This document shows positions 1 through 11,848 of a stretch of 64,000 bases of DNA, in pieces. Below the pieces are notes generated by a model. That model had not been told where the DNA came from. It was given only the letters and a program-made list of their open reading frames with translations, and did not search any database. Position 1 is the first letter of the stretch. Each line of letters starts with the position of its first letter. The stretch spans positions 51,776-115,775 of the forward strand of contig JAUIKM010000007.1 in NCBI GenBank assembly GCA_030430495.1, written 5' to 3'. The position numbers were made by a program, and so were the translations under genes. Source of the DNA: a bacterium. GTDB taxonomy: Bacteria > Bacteroidota > Ignavibacteria > Kapaibacteriales > UBA7675.

Positions 1-990
1 ACTGGCTTCGGCCTGGCCTGTGTTGTCCATGCGCTGCAGCACGCCGTTCCAGCCGCTGGGTTCGCCGCGTTGTTCGCTGCGACGTCGCAGCGCGCGTGCG
101 GGTTCTTCGTCGGCCGGGTCGATCTCGACCTCGGCTTCGTCGTCTGCGGCGTCCTCAATTTCATCTGTCTCGTCATCCGCGGCGGGGGCGTTGGACGCGA
201 GTTTCTGTTTCAGCACGCCGACGTGTTCGCCGAGCTGTTTGAGTCGTACTTTGGCCATTTCCCACAGGTCTTCCAGATCGACATCCAGCCCCACGATCAG
301 TGCAATTGCCGTCAGAGCGGTCAACAGCAGGAAAGCGCCGGCGCTGCCGATCAGCTGAGAACTGATTGTGGCGATAAATTGTCCGACGTTGCCGCTCCAT
401 TCCGGCGCCAGTGTCGGCATCCAGTCGATGAGCTGAATCACGCCGGCAAACGATGCCGCCAGGATGCCCAGAGCGAGCGTCAAACTCGTGGCGCGCACCA
501 GATTCTGCGCCGTCTGGCGGCGGAAAATCGCCGCCGACCAGATCATGGTAAGAACCGGGAAAATCAGTGCGGAATAACCGATGGTATTGACGTACAGAAA
601 ATGGGCCATCACGGCGCCGAGCAGGCCCAGCCAGTTGTGGGTTGTGTCGGCGCGTGCCTGCACGGCTTCATCGCCCTGTAGCAATCCGATCAGGTCGGAA
701 AACGACAGGCTGGCGTTGGCTTCGTCGTAGGGAGTGTAAGAAAGCAGGGCCAGCAGAAGTAAAACGGCGAACAGCCCCAGCAGAACCGCGGCTACTTTGT
801 CGCGATGCCGTTGAAACACGCCTGGAACGCCGGTTTTGGCCGACGATGATTTTTTTGTGCCGGTTTTGGCGGTCGATGCGGCGCGCGCGCGGGCATTGCC
901 TGCCTGCGGCGCCTGTCGTCTGCGGCCGCCGCCTTTGGGAACGTCGCGCTCCCGGCGGATGACCACATCGCCGTTGGAATTCTGATTCAT
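1..990 (-). CDS. ftsK: DNA translocase FtsK, N-terminal (4TM) part; runs off the window start
   Basis: Not in the ORF track (no stop in window). Hand translation from ATG at 990 gives MNQNSNG...LLLLALLSYTPYDEANA...HNWLGLLGAVMAHFL, the FtsK_4TM pattern. AGAGGGGA RBS lies upstream. Confidence 0.8.
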   Translation of the reverse strand, partial: MNQNSNGDVVIRRERDVPKGGGRRRQAPQAGNARARAASTAKTGTKKSSSAKTGVPGVFQRHRDKVAAVLLGLFAVLLLLALLSYTPYDEANASLSFSDLIGLLQGDEAVQARADTTHNWLGLLGAVMAHFLYVNTIGYSALIFPVLTMIWSAAIFRRQTAQNLVRATSLTLALGILAASFAGVIQLIDWMPTLAPEWSGNVGQFIATISSQLIGSAGAFLLLTALTAIALIVGLDVDLEDLWEMAKVRLKQLGEHVGVLKQKLASNAPAADDETDEIEDAADDEAEVEIDPADEEPARALRRRSEQRGEPSGWNGVLQRMDNTGQAEAS

Positions 991-1012
991 TTGTTTCCCC
1001 TCTATGCTGCTT

Positions 1013-1783
1013 CTACGCCGAAGGATGTTCCATGGAAGCGCCAAGCGCCGCCTTCAGCGTCGAATTTTCGAATATCGGCACGACCGGCGCGGTGTCCGCG
1101 GTCAGGCAGTAAGCCACGTCATCGCCGTAGCCCAGGTCGTGCAGCCGCTGCGCATGCGAGGTCGACATCACAAAGTCCGTCAGTCGCGATTTGTGCAGCG
1201 TGTACAATTCCAGCGCCGCCCGCGTGGCGTCGCAGATCGCGACGTCGCCCAGGCGTTTGCGCAGTTCGCCGGCAATGGCGCCGACGCCGAAGGTATCCTC
1301 AAACGAGAAGTTGCCGTCCGTTCCGGCGCAAACCAGTTCGATGCGTCGCGGGCCGTCTTCGCCCTCGCGGTGCGCCACGATATAGTCGATCAGCACCGAA
1401 AGGTTGGCAAAACCGCCGACAAGCCGATGTGTCGCAAAACGCGTGCGCGCAATCGCCTGTGCGCCGTTTGTGGACGTGAAAACCAGCGCCTTGCCGTTCA
1501 AAATCTCGTTTGTGTATTCCAGGGGCGAGTTGCCCAGATCAAAGCCGTCGGGTTTGACGCAGTTGCGTTCTCCGGCCAGCAAGCGGACTTCTTTGTCCAG
1601 TTTGCCGGCGATGCGCATGGCGTCTTCAATTTCAAGTGCGGGAATAACTTCGCGTGCGCCGCGGTGCAGGGCGGTACAGATACTGGTGGATGCCCGCAGG
1701 ACGTCGACGACGACCGCGATGCTGCCCCTGTGCGACATGTCGTCGGCCACCAGGGCGTGCGTAAGATAGGTCTGGATCGCCAT
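1013..1783 (-). CDS. comB: 2-phosphosulfolactate phosphatase (ComB family)
   Basis: Motifs VVVDVLRAST, LLAGER, GFDLGNSP, TSTNGA and FSFED. Likely start is MAIQTY at 1783. Confidence 0.85.
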   Translation of the reverse strand: MAIQTYLTHALVADDMSHRGSIAVVVDVLRASTSICTALHRGAREVIPALEIEDAMRIAGKLDKEVRLLAGERNCVKPDGFDLGNSPLEYTNEILNGKALVFTSTNGAQAIARTRFATHRLVGGFANLSVLIDYIVAHREGEDGPRRIELVCAGTDGNFSFEDTFGVGAIAGELRKRLGDVAICDATRAALELYTLHKSRLTDFVMSTSHAQRLHDLGYGDDVAYCLTADTAPVVPIFENSTLKAALGASMEHPSA

Positions 1784-2057
1784 CTTCCTCTTGAATGCTG
1801 CTTTCAGTGAATTAAGGATCCAAGCGGAAATATACGCAGTCCGGCGTGATGCTACAAACAATTTCAGGCTTGCGGCGACCGCCGGAGTGCTTTGTGGCTC
1901 TTCCTCCACAGGCGTCGGCGCATAACGGGCCGGGCACGTGCAATTGCACTGTGGAAAAGAGCACAACGCCTTTGTTGTGAAAGCCGTCGGCCTTTTTGTA
2001 ATTTGAAATCGCGCTGAAACGCGCAGTTGGGCAATTTCTCTCCAATCTCCTGTGCAG

Positions 2058-2888
2058 ATGCAGAACAACACCCCCGGTACAGTTGAGCCGGATTTTATCC
2101 TGATAGCCGGCCCTTGCGTCATTGAATCGCGCGACCTCCTGCGCCGCTGCGCGGAGGCTCTGCTCGAAATCACTGCACCGCACAATCTCAACTTCGTCTT
2201 TAAAGCCTCTTACCGCAAAGCCAATCGCAGCAGTGTCGACTCCTTTACCGGCGTAGGCGACGTACAGGCGCTTGGCTGGCTGAGCGATATTCGCCGCGAG
2301 TTCGGCGTTCCGGTTCTCAGCGATTTCCACAGCGTCGCCGAGGTACAGAACCTGTCCGAGGCCGTCGACGTCATCCAGATTCCGGCCTTCCTGGCGCGTC
2401 AGACGGATCTGCTCCAGGCCGCCGGCGAAACCGGAAAAACCGTCAACGTCAAAAAGGCGCAGTTCATGGCGCCGACCGACATGCAAAAGGCGGCCGCCAA
2501 AGTTCGCAGCGCGGGCGAGGGGCCTGTCTGGTTGACCGAACGCGGCACCAGCTTCGGTTATCACGATCTGGTCGTGGACTTTCGCGGTCTGATCATCATG
2601 CGCGAATTCGGTCACCCCGTTATTTTTGATGCAACGCACTCGGTGCAGCGGCCGTCCATCGGTCGCGAGTCGGGCGGGTTCCGCGAATTTATTCCGCATC
2701 TGGCGCGTGCCGCCGCCGCCTGCGGCATTGATGGTTTGTTTATGGAAGCGCATCCCGATCCGGCCAAAGCCAAAAGCGATGCCGCCACGCAGTTAAACTT
2801 TGCCGAAGCGCGCGCCGTTCTGAATTCCGTCGTGGCCCACCATAAACTGGCGCGTGAATTTGCCGCAAACCAGGCGGCCGAAAAATGA
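2058..2888 (+). CDS. kdsA: KDO8P synthase (3-deoxy-8-phosphooctulonate synthase)
   Basis: IAGPCVIES, KASYRKANRSS, QIPAFLARQTDLL, DATHSVQ. Confidence 0.95.
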   Translation: MQNNTPGTVEPDFILIAGPCVIESRDLLRRCAEALLEITAPHNLNFVFKASYRKANRSSVDSFTGVGDVQALGWLSDIRREFGVPVLSDFHSVAEVQNLSEAVDVIQIPAFLARQTDLLQAAGETGKTVNVKKAQFMAPTDMQKAAAKVRSAGEGPVWLTERGTSFGYHDLVVDFRGLIIMREFGHPVIFDATHSVQRPSIGRESGGFREFIPHLARAAAACGIDGLFMEAHPDPAKAKSDAATQLNFAEARAVLNSVVAHHKLAREFAANQAAEK

Positions 2889-3463
2889 AACAGGGCCGGA
2901 ACAGAACATTTTCTTCCTGTTTAACATTTGCCGCGGCCTGCACCCTCGCGCTCTGCAGCATGGCTTGCGCCGAGGAAGAAGCGCCTAAAACAATCGACAT
3001 TGATACTTCGCGTTTGCCGACGCACCAAAGCGTGGATGTGGAAGTGTATTTCATGGATTCCAATCGCGTGCGCGCCGTGCTGCACGCCGGTGAAGCCAAC
3101 GTCTTTGAACACGAGCGCAAAACCTACCTGCGCAAAGGCGTTAAAGTTGAATTCATGAACAGCAGCGGCAGCGATCGCGTCAGTGTCTTGACCGCCGACA
3201 GCGCTGAAATTGACGATCGTACCAAAGACATGAAAGCGATGGGCAACGTCGTGGTTATTTCCGACAGCTCGAGAACAACTTTGACGACATCGCTCTTGCT
3301 GTGGGAAGAACAAAAGCGCCGTATTTTTGGAACCGAATACGTGCGGATAGAATCGCCCTCCGAGATCATTACCGGCTACGGTTTTGAATCGGACCAATAT
3401 CTGAAGAACTACAAAATCTTTAAAGTGAGCGGTAAGTCGTTCAAAACGGGGAGTGGAAACTGA
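2885..3463 (+). CDS. lptC: LPS export protein LptC (lipoprotein)
   Basis: Lipobox (CSMAC), LTADSA..GNVVV..L.T..L.W..I.G.GFESD pattern, overlaps the kdsA stop. Confidence 0.75.
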   Translation: MKQGRNRTFSSCLTFAAACTLALCSMACAEEEAPKTIDIDTSRLPTHQSVDVEVYFMDSNRVRAVLHAGEANVFEHERKTYLRKGVKVEFMNSSGSDRVSVLTADSAEIDDRTKDMKAMGNVVVISDSSRTTLTTSLLLWEEQKRRIFGTEYVRIESPSEIITGYGFESDQYLKNYKIFKVSGKSFKTGSGN

Positions 3464-4239
3464 TGCGTCGTTTCCTGATTGCCGGCAACTGGAAAATGCA
3501 TAAAACAGTTCAGGAAACTGAAGCGTTTGCCGCAGACCTGTTGCCGCGTTTAAGTGCCGGTTCTGCAAGCAGACCTGACATTCTGATCTGTCCCGGATTT
3601 CCTTTGCTTGCCGCCGCGCACAAAGCGTTCAGCGGGTCGGCTGTCTCCTGGGGAGCCCAGAATTGCCACGCGGAAGCCGGCGGAGCATATACAGGTGAAG
3701 TGTCAGTTGAAATGTTGAAGTCGCTCGACTGCACCTACGTTATCATCGGCCACTCCGAACGCCGCGCCATGTTTGCTGAAACGAATCAGAGCTGCGCGGC
3801 AAAAATCAAAGCCGCAATGAGCGGCGGACTTAAACCGATTTACTGCGTCGGTGAAACGCTGGAAGAGCGCCGCGGAAATCTGACCAACGATGTTTTACAA
3901 CGCCAGATTGTCGAAGGACTTGACGGCGTTGAACCCGGCGTCGATGGAGTGTTGACGATAGCCTATGAGCCCGTTTGGGCCATTGGAACCGGGCTGGCCG
4001 CCACGAGCGAGATGGCGGAAGAAGCGCATGCGTTTATTCGTGCGCAACTGCGTGACAAACATGGGGAAAAGACAGCCGAGGCAGTCCGAATACTGTACGG
4101 CGGCAGCATGAAGCCGGGCAATGCCGCGGATCTGTTGAAGCGTCCCAACGTCGACGGCGGTTTAATCGGAGGCGCTTCGCTTGAAGCGGAATCTTTTGCA
4201 GCTATCATTTCACATGCGGAAGCACTCGCGGAACATTGA
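3463..4239 (+). CDS. tpiA: triosephosphate isomerase
   Basis: IAGNWKM, GHSERR, AYEPVWAIGTG, LYGGS, GGASL. Confidence 0.97.
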   Translation: MRRFLIAGNWKMHKTVQETEAFAADLLPRLSAGSASRPDILICPGFPLLAAAHKAFSGSAVSWGAQNCHAEAGGAYTGEVSVEMLKSLDCTYVIIGHSERRAMFAETNQSCAAKIKAAMSGGLKPIYCVGETLEERRGNLTNDVLQRQIVEGLDGVEPGVDGVLTIAYEPVWAIGTGLAATSEMAEEAHAFIRAQLRDKHGEKTAEAVRILYGGSMKPGNAADLLKRPNVDGGLIGGASLEAESFAAIISHAEALAEH

Positions 4240-4311
4240 TTGTTTACAGAGCCGCATTGTTTGTGCGGCGTGCTGTTCAGGGGCGTCCAACAGGTTCAGA
4301 CCGGGTCAACT

Positions 4312-4911
4312 ATGATTTTGCGAAATGGTCCTCTCGTTTTGACACTGGCGCGCATGTTTATGGCGCCGCTGTTTGTAATCCTGTTTCTGGCGCAGGATTC
4401 ACTGGGCAAAATGGTCGCGATCGTGGTGTTTACTCTGGCTGCGATTACCGACTACGTCGACGGATGGTGGGCGCGCCGCCACAAACTGGTGACGCCGCTC
4501 GGCGTGTTTCTCGATCCACTGGCGGACAAAGTTCTTGTGCTGGCGGCAATGTTTGCCTTTTCACTTGAACAGTTAATACCGCTATGGATGGTTTTGATTG
4601 TCGTCGCACGTGATGTATTGGTGACGGGGCTGCGAATGTATGCGGAGTCGCGTTCACATGTGATTGTCACTTCGCGTTCGGCCAAGATCAAGACCTTCCT
4701 GCAAATGACGTTTATCATTTACGTTTTAACGCTGAATGCCTGGGAAACGCTGGCGCCGGAAGTCTCTCCCTCTGAGCGCCTGGCGGCGGGCGATCCCGAT
4801 GTTCTGTTTTACGGCATGAGCGCGGTCTGTCTGGTAACCATCTGGACGGGAGCGCAATATTTGGTGGATAATCGCACCATTTTCGGTCAATTGCCGCGAG
4901 CGGGTGTTTAA
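4312..4911 (+). CDS. pgsA: CDP-diacylglycerol--glycerol-3-phosphate phosphatidyltransferase
   Basis: CDP-alcohol phosphotransferase motif TDYVDGWWAR...G..LDPLADK. Confidence 0.9.
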   Translation: MILRNGPLVLTLARMFMAPLFVILFLAQDSLGKMVAIVVFTLAAITDYVDGWWARRHKLVTPLGVFLDPLADKVLVLAAMFAFSLEQLIPLWMVLIVVARDVLVTGLRMYAESRSHVIVTSRSAKIKTFLQMTFIIYVLTLNAWETLAPEVSPSERLAAGDPDVLFYGMSAVCLVTIWTGAQYLVDNRTIFGQLPRAGV

Positions 4912-5423
4912 TGAATCGCCGCGAACAATTTAAGCAATTCAATCCGCGCGTACGGGCGGCGGTGCTTTTGTGCAGCCTGGGCGGCGTCGGGTACCTGCCG
5001 ATTTCCGGCACTGCGGGGAGCGCCGCCACACTGCTGTTGCTATTGCTTCCGATTGATAATATGCACCTGCTGCTAATGGCTTCAACAGTCGTTTTTACAG
5101 CTGTCGGTGTTGCGGCGATTGCTTCAATTGAACAAATCTTCGGGGATGATCCTTCGATTGTTGTTATTGACGAAGCGGCGGGAATGAGTCTGACCCTGGC
5201 TTCGCCGCTTATTCCACTTGAGCCGTTGTGGATCATTCTGGGCTTTGCGTTTTTCAGATTGTTCGATATTGTCAAACCCTGGCCGGTTAACAGGATTGAC
5301 GCCGGACGCGGCCCCTGGGCCGTGATGGGGGATGACCTTGTCGCCGGTGTTTACGCGGCTCTGGCGCTGCATGCCGTCTTTCACCTGACGGCGCTTGGCG
5401 CGATGTTTTGGCCTGCCGCCTGA
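4911..5423 (+). CDS. pgpA: phosphatidylglycerophosphatase A
   Basis: DPSIVVIDE, FRLFDIVKPWP, VMGDDLVAG. Confidence 0.92.
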   Translation: MNRREQFKQFNPRVRAAVLLCSLGGVGYLPISGTAGSAATLLLLLLPIDNMHLLLMASTVVFTAVGVAAIASIEQIFGDDPSIVVIDEAAGMSLTLASPLIPLEPLWIILGFAFFRLFDIVKPWPVNRIDAGRGPWAVMGDDLVAGVYAALALHAVFHLTALGAMFWPAA

Positions 5424-5606
5424 GGCTGTTTTATGTGGAAAACCCTCTGTGAAGGGCCTGTTTGAGCGGCATTGTGGAAAGAAATCGCCGAAAAACCGCA
5501 TGAAATCTACGTTCGCCGCTACTTTTTTCTTGCAATCGATTGCAATTCACGTTAAGTTTACAACACCGTTTTTACTCTTTCTTCAAACTTCTCCAAGGGT
5601 TATCGT

Positions 5607-5927
5607 ATGGCGGCTAACAATCTTAACAAGAGCGATCTTGTTGAGGCAATTGCTGAGGGTGCAGAACTTAGCAAAGTGCAAGCAGAACGCGCTCTCTCAT
5701 CCGTTCTCGAATCAGTAACAAAGACCTTGACCAAGGGCGGTAATGTTACCTTGATCGGCTTTGGTTCTTTTTCGGTACAAAAGCGCAAAGCCCGTAAAGG
5801 CAAAAACCCTCGTACGGGTGAGTCGATCAAGATTCCCGCACGCAAGGTTCCCAAATTTACGCCGGGCAAAGGCTTGAAGGACGCCGTCAGCGGCATCGCC
5901 AAGAAAGCCGCAGCCAAGAAAAAGTAA
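5607..5927 (+). CDS. hup: HU family DNA-binding protein
   Basis: LIGFGSF...RKGKNPRTGESIKIPA..VPKF.PGK.LKDAV. Confidence 0.95.
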   Translation: MAANNLNKSDLVEAIAEGAELSKVQAERALSSVLESVTKTLTKGGNVTLIGFGSFSVQKRKARKGKNPRTGESIKIPARKVPKFTPGKGLKDAVSGIAKKAAAKKK

Positions 5928-5948
5928 GGACTTGCGTGTTACCGAATT

Positions 5949-5978
5949 AAAAAGACCGCTCCTCGGAGCGGTTTTTTT
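5949..5978 (+). terminator. intrinsic terminator after hup
   Basis: Stem ACCGCTCC/GGAGCGGT followed by a T-tract. Confidence 0.8.
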
Positions 5979-6075
5979 GTATAATGCCGTTTGAGTTTTT
6001 TACGGTTCTGCTGCGGGCGGATGCCCGGCCCCGAACCGCAATTCCGCCGCTCCGGTGGAGTCAATTAAACATCCT

Positions 6076-7023
6076 ATGGCGCAGCCCGGCTCCGACTTTC
6101 CGCATACGCATCTCCTCAGTGCGGACCAGCTTCAACGCAATCACCTGGATTGCATTTTTCAACGCAGCGATGAATACCTGGAACAACTGCGCCTGCACGG
6201 CCCGGACGGCTTCAGTCGTGTCTTGAACGGCGTTGTTGTTGTCCTGGCATTTATTGAGTCTTCAACGCGAACGCGCGTGTCTTTTGAGGTCGCCGCCAAA
6301 CGCCTTGGCGCACAAACACTCAACTTCCAGGCCGGCGCCAGCAGCCTGTCCAAAGGTGAATCGCTGGTAGACACGATGTTTACCATTGAGTCCAATCATC
6401 CCGACCTGATCGTGGTGCGGCATTCGGCGGCCGGTACGCCTGAATTCCTTGCGGGTCGTCTGCAGAGCGGAATCATTAATGCGGGCGATGGGCGACGCCA
6501 ACACCCGACGCAGGGCCTGCTTGATGCATTTGCGCTGCGCAACCGCATCGGCTCGCTGCAGGGAGTTAACATTTGTCTGATCGGCGATATCTACCACAGC
6601 CGCGTGGCGCGGTCGAATTTTGATATTTTGCGGACCCTGGGCGCCAACGTCGCGGCCTGCGGTCCCGGTACGCTGATGCCCGACAGCCTGGAAGCTCTGG
6701 GCGTGCGCGTTTTCCACAAGCTGGACGAAGCCCTTGAATGGGCAGATGTCGCCAATGTTCTGCGCATTCAACGCGAGCGCATGGACGTCGGATTGCTGCC
6801 GTCGCTGCGCGAATTTCAACGGCAATTCGGAATCAGTGGCCGCCATATGCAACAGCATCCCGAGCTGCTCGTCATGCACCCGGGACCGGTAAATCGCGGG
6901 GTGGAATTGTCCGCCGGCGTCGTCGAGCACAAGCGATCGCTGGTCCTCGAACAGGTCGAAGCCGGCGTGGCGATTCGCATGGCGCTTCTGGCGCTGATCT
7001 CCGAAGCGCGCGGACTCGTCTGA
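6076..7023 (+). CDS. pyrB: aspartate carbamoyltransferase catalytic subunit
   Basis: [46 protein letters not shown]. Confidence 0.96.
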   Translation: MAQPGSDFPHTHLLSADQLQRNHLDCIFQRSDEYLEQLRLHGPDGFSRVLNGVVVVLAFIESSTRTRVSFEVAAKRLGAQTLNFQAGASSLSKGESLVDTMFTIESNHPDLIVVRHSAAGTPEFLAGRLQSGIINAGDGRRQHPTQGLLDAFALRNRIGSLQGVNICLIGDIYHSRVARSNFDILRTLGANVAACGPGTLMPDSLEALGVRVFHKLDEALEWADVANVLRIQRERMDVGLLPSLREFQRQFGISGRHMQQHPELLVMHPGPVNRGVELSAGVVEHKRSLVLEQVEAGVAIRMALLALISEARGLV

Positions 7024-7076
7024 CCCCCGATTCCGGCGAGTCTACATTTTCAACTTGCCTTACGTGTTGGAATCCT

Positions 7077-10000
7077 ATGCCAAAACGCACAGACATCTCC
7101 TCGGTCCTGGTTATCGGCTCCGGCCCCATCGTTATTGGTCAGGCATGTGAATTCGACTACAGCGGTACGCAGGCTTGCAAAGCGCTGCGCGAAGAGGGAA
7201 TTCGCGTCATCCTGGTCAACTCAAATCCGGCTACGATCATGACGGACCCGGATATTGCCGATGCCACGTACATCGAACCAATCGAGTCGGATTACATCGA
7301 AGCGATCATCCGCAAGGAAAAACCGGATGCAATCCTGCCGACCGTCGGCGGTCAGGTCGCGCTTAATGCCGCCGTTGATCTGCACGACAAAGGGATTCTG
7401 CAGAAGTACAATGTCGAGTTGATCGGCTCCCAGATTGAGTCAATTCACAAAGCGGAAGATCGCGAATTGTTCCAGGAAGCGATTACGCGATGCGGCCTGG
7501 AGATGGCGCGCGGCGGATTTGTCAATTCGATGGAAGAAGGCCGCGCGCTCAGCCAGAAACTGCAATTCCCCTTGATCATCCGACCCTCGTTTACGCTCGG
7601 CGGCAGCGGAGGAGGAATCGCGTACAATCTGGAAGAGTTCGACGAGCGCCTGCAGCACGGTCTGAGTTCCAGTCCGGTTGGGCGTGTGTTGCTGGAAGAG
7701 TCGATTATCGGCTGGAAAGAATACGAACTGGAAGTGATGCGCGACAAAAAAGACAACGTCGTCATCATTTGTTCGATTGAAAATTTCGATCCCATGGGTG
7801 TGCATACCGGCGACTCGGTGACGGTTGCGCCCGCACAAACGCTGACGGACCGCGAGTATCAGCGCATGCGCGATGCCGCCCTGAAAATCATTCGCGAAAT
7901 CGGCGTGGAAACCGGCGGCTCCAACATTCAGTTTGCGCTTAACCCGCGCGACGGCCGCCAGATTATCATAGAGATGAACCCGCGCGTTTCGCGTTCTTCG
8001 GCACTGGCGTCCAAGGCGACCGGTTTTCCGATTGCCAAGATTGCGGCCAAACTCGCGATCGGCTATACGCTGGACGAAATCGACAACGACATCACCAAAA
8101 AGACGCCGGCCAGTTTTGAGCCGGCGATCGACTACGTTGTGACCAAGATTCCGCGCTGGGACTTCGAAAAGTTTAAAGGCGTCGACGATGAACTCGGCGT
8201 GCAGATGAAATCAGTCGGTGAGGCGATGGCCTTTGGCCGCACGTTTAAGGAGTCCTTCCAGAAAGCTATCCGCAGCCTGGAGCAAAAACGTCACGGCTTC
8301 GGTTATGACTCGGCCGACTACTTAAACAAACCGCCGAGCGACGAGGCCGAGCTGGCGCCGCTGCGCAAACGCACCTCCAAGTCGATTTTTGACCTGTGCG
8401 ACGCTCTGCGCGCCGGAGTTGAAACCTCACAGATCTACGACCTGACCGGATTTGACCCCTGGTTTATTGATCAGTGCCGTGAGATTGTCGACGCCGCCGA
8501 ACAAGTGTTGGTGCAACGCCGCAACAGCGGAGCCGCACATTTCCTTGAGACGCTGGACAAAGGCGCGCTCAAATCACTTAAACAACTCGGCTTTTCGGAT
8601 GTGCAGCTTGGCGTACTTTGCGGCTGCACGGACGAGGACGTTCGCCTGCGCCGCAAGGAAATTGGCGTCACGCCGGTGTTTAAGACTATCGACACCTGCG
8701 CCGCCGAATTTGAATCCAGCACGCCTTATCACTACTCGACCTATGAGGACGAAAACGAAGCAGTGCGCTCCGACCGCGAGAGCGTGATTATTCTCGGCGG
8801 CGGACCGAATCGAATCGGGCAGGGGATAGAGTTTGATTACTGCTGCGTGCAGGGAATCTTTGCCGCCAAAAAGGCCGGCTACGAAGCGATCATGATTAAC
8901 TGTAATCCGGAGACGGTTTCAACGGATTACGATACAACCGACAAACTCTACTTTGAACCGCTGACGTTCGAAGATGTTATTAACGTCATTGAGTTCGAAC
9001 AACCCAAGGGCGTCATATTAACATTCGGCGGTCAGACGCCGCTTAAACTGGCGCGCAGTCTGGAAAATGCGGGTGTGCCGATTCTTGGGACGTCGCCGGA
9101 AGGCATTGACCTTGCCGAGGACCGCGAGCGCTTCGGCAGCATTCTGGAGCAATGTAAAATTCCCTGTCCGGCGTGGGGCACGGCAACCTCCGTACAGCAG
9201 GCGCAGCAGATAGCCGACCGCATCGGGTATCCGGTGCTGGTGCGCCCCTCCTATGTGCTCGGCGGCCGCGCCATGCAGATTTGTTATCGCTCCGAAACGG
9301 TGCGCGAATACACCGAACAAGCGCTCAGCGCTTCGCCCGAGCGTCCGATTCTGATAGATCATTTTCTCGAGAACGCCTACGAATTCGACGTTGACGCCAT
9401 ATCCGACGGCGAGACGGTGATCATCGGCGGCATTATGCAGCACATCGAAGAAGCCGGCGTGCACTCGGGCGATTCCAGCTGCGTTTTACCGCCCTACAAC
9501 GTCACCAACGAGCAGGCGGAAATCATGCGCGAGTACACGCGGCGTCTGGCGCACTCGCTTAACGTTGTCGGTCTGTTAAACATCCAGTTTGCCATGCAGA
9601 ACGGGCAAATCTACGTGCTGGAAGTTAACCCGCGCGCTTCGCGTACGGTGCCCTTTGTGTCCAAGTCCACCGGCGTGCCCCTGGCCAAACTGGCGACGCG
9701 TATTATGCTCGGTGAAAAGATTCCCGACATTAAACTCGGTGCTTCCGACCTGAAAGACATGCCGCTGGCGACGGATCGCGTCGCGATCAAGGAATCGGTG
9801 TTTCCGTTTAATAAATTTCCCAAAACCGACATCTTCCTCGGGCCGGAAATGCGATCCACAGGTGAAGTCATGGGAATAGATGAAAACTTCGGTAAAGCTG
9901 TTGTTAAGTCGCGCTTGTCCAGCGGCAACAAACTGCCGGAGAGCGGCAACGTGTTTGTTTCACTGAGCAATCACGACAAAACGCTGCGCGCAATTGAAAT

Positions 10001-10355
10001 CATGCAGGGTTTCAGCGAACTCGGTTTTTCCATCTGGGCGACCAAGGGAACGGCGCAATTCCTGCACGAGCAGGGGATAGAGGTGCGCACCGTGCTCAAA
10101 CACTACGAGGGACGCCCCTCCTGCATAGACCACATCAAAAACGGCGAAGTCCAGCTGGTGATCAACACGCCGATCGGCGAGAATGCCCGCTACGACGAGT
10201 TTGTGATGGGAAGGACGGCCATGGAAAACAAGGTGCCGTTTTTCACTACACTCGCGGCGGCGGCGGCGACGTTAAGCGCCGTGCGCACCATGCGCACGCC
10301 CGGCCTCTCCGTCAAATCGCTGCAGGAATACTACGGCGCGGATTCACTGGCCTGA
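7077..10355 (+). CDS. carB: carbamoyl-phosphate synthase large subunit
   Basis: [24 protein letters not shown], duplicated ATP-grasp domains, C-terminal MGS domain. Confidence 0.98.
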   Translation: MPKRTDISSVLVIGSGPIVIGQACEFDYSGTQACKALREEGIRVILVNSNPATIMTDPDIADATYIEPIESDYIEAIIRKEKPDAILPTVGGQVALNAAVDLHDKGILQKYNVELIGSQIESIHKAEDRELFQEAITRCGLEMARGGFVNSMEEGRALSQKLQFPLIIRPSFTLGGSGGGIAYNLEEFDERLQHGLSSSPVGRVLLEESIIGWKEYELEVMRDKKDNVVIICSIENFDPMGVHTGDSVTVAPAQTLTDREYQRMRDAALKIIREIGVETGGSNIQFALNPRDGRQIIIEMNPRVSRSSALASKATGFPIAKIAAKLAIGYTLDEIDNDITKKTPASFEPAIDYVVTKIPRWDFEKFKGVDDELGVQMKSVGEAMAFGRTFKESFQKAIRSLEQKRHGFGYDSADYLNKPPSDEAELAPLRKRTSKSIFDLCDALRAGVETSQIYDLTGFDPWFIDQCREIVDAAEQVLVQRRNSGAAHFLETLDKGALKSLKQLGFSDVQLGVLCGCTDEDVRLRRKEIGVTPVFKTIDTCAAEFESSTPYHYSTYEDENEAVRSDRESVIILGGGPNRIGQGIEFDYCCVQGIFAAKKAGYEAIMINCNPETVSTDYDTTDKLYFEPLTFEDVINVIEFEQPKGVILTFGGQTPLKLARSLENAGVPILGTSPEGIDLAEDRERFGSILEQCKIPCPAWGTATSVQQAQQIADRIGYPVLVRPSYVLGGRAMQICYRSETVREYTEQALSASPERPILIDHFLENAYEFDVDAISDGETVIIGGIMQHIEEAGVHSGDSSCVLPPYNVTNEQAEIMREYTRRLAHSLNVVGLLNIQFAMQNGQIYVLEVNPRASRTVPFVSKSTGVPLAKLATRIMLGEKIPDIKLGASDLKDMPLATDRVAIKESVFPFNKFPKTDIFLGPEMRSTGEVMGIDENFGKAVVKSRLSSGNKLPESGNVFVSLSNHDKTLRAIEIMQGFSELGFSIWATKGTAQFLHEQGIEVRTVLKHYEGRPSCIDHIKNGEVQLVINTPIGENARYDEFVMGRTAMENKVPFFTTLAAAAATLSAVRTMRTPGLSVKSLQEYYGADSLA

Positions 10356-10455
10356 CAAAACGTTAAGCAGGATTTATGTTCAGCAGCAGCGTAACACTTT
10401 TGCAGTTTAACCTGTCTCTAACCACGTGCAGCGGCGCGATGGAGCGCGTGAACAA

Positions 10456-11367
10456 ATGAACACAGCCGCGCGCACCTGGACAATCGTTGAATTACTGCGA
10501 TGGGGCACGGACTACTTTGCTGCCAGAGATGTCGACAGCCCGCGACTTAGTGTGGAGTTGTTGCTCTGCCACGTAACCGGTCTGCAACGCATCGATTTGT
10601 ATGTTCAGCATGACAAACCACTGGCCGACGCTGAGCTGGTCGACCTTCGCTCGATGATCAAACGTCGTGCAAAGGGTGAACCGCTGCAATATATCCTGGG
10701 TTCGGTTGAGTTTCTGGGCTGTACGATCGCCGTGGAAACCGGCGTATTGATTCCGCGTCCGGAAACGGAATTCATTGTTGACGATCTGTGCAAGCGCCTG
10801 GAGAGCAACAAGGACCGTCGGCTGCGCATCCTCGATATCGGCTGTGGTTCCGGGTGTATATCTGTTGCGTTGGCGCGCGCATATCCACTGGCGCGCGTCC
10901 TGGCGCTCGACGTCTCGGAGCAGGCTCTGAGCATTGCAGAGCGAAACGCGGTGACAAACAAGGTGGAAAATGTCGTGTTCAGAAAGTGCGATATACTCAG
11001 TCAAATGCCGCGTATTCAGGCGCCCTTTGATGTGATCGTTTCAAATCCTCCGTATATTGCGCATCGCGAAGTAGCGCAACTGCAGCGCGAAGTGCGTGAT
11101 TACGAGCCACTGAATGCATTGACCGATCATGAGGACGGCCTGTCGTTCTACCGGCGTTTTGCGGAGATATTTCCACAAATGCTGGCTCCGGAAGGCCTGT
11201 TCTGCCTTGAGTTTGCCGACGGCGCTTCCGGGGAATTGGCGGAGATGTTCACAAAGGCGGGATATACGTGCGATGTGCTGCGGGATTTGCGCGACGAGCC
11301 CAAAGCGCTGCTGGGTAGCCGTGCGGCTAATACGCGCCCAAGCAACGAGTTAGGCGGGATGACATGA
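10456..11367 (+). CDS. prmC: release factor glutamine methyltransferase
   Basis: EPLQYI, VLIPRPETE, LDIGCGSGCI, NPPY. Confidence 0.95.
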   Translation: MNTAARTWTIVELLRWGTDYFAARDVDSPRLSVELLLCHVTGLQRIDLYVQHDKPLADAELVDLRSMIKRRAKGEPLQYILGSVEFLGCTIAVETGVLIPRPETEFIVDDLCKRLESNKDRRLRILDIGCGSGCISVALARAYPLARVLALDVSEQALSIAERNAVTNKVENVVFRKCDILSQMPRIQAPFDVIVSNPPYIAHREVAQLQREVRDYEPLNALTDHEDGLSFYRRFAEIFPQMLAPEGLFCLEFADGASGELAEMFTKAGYTCDVLRDLRDEPKALLGSRAANTRPSNELGGMT

Positions 11368-11469
11368 TGGTTGTGTCAAGCCTGTATTTGTAGTTTACAG
11401 AAATTTAATTACCCCCGTGGTGGTATTTTCATAACTTTGTAGCTTCAAAACACATCGCAAGGGACCTTA

Positions 11470-11820
11470 ATGTTTGACCAGATCAAATCCGAAGACTGTG
11501 GAGATTATACGCTCTTCACGCTTCGTGGCCAGTTTATCGGCGGCGACGAAACTGACAGGCTTCGCCAGCTTTTGAGCGGTGTGGCCGAACAACAAGACAA
11601 CATTGCGATTGTCGATCTCGCCAACGTTACCTACATCAACTCGACCGCATTGGGTGTGCTTATCTCCGCACATGCGCGCTTCACAAAACGCAACGGGCGC
11701 GTCGTTCTCTGTAATATCAGCGACAACATTGAGAACATCTTCATTATCACAAAGCTGACGCTGGTATTCGAGATTTACGACACGGTCGATGAAGCCAAGA
11801 GCAAAATTTCCGAATCATAA
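11470..11820 (+). CDS. STAS-domain anti-sigma factor antagonist
   Basis: DLANVTYINSTALG.L pattern with the conserved Ser; 116 aa. Confidence 0.85.
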   Translation: MFDQIKSEDCGDYTLFTLRGQFIGGDETDRLRQLLSGVAEQQDNIAIVDLANVTYINSTALGVLISAHARFTKRNGRVVLCNISDNIENIFIITKLTLVFEIYDTVDEAKSKISES

Positions 11821-11848
11821 ACTTTCAATCTATCTGGAGTCAGTTTCC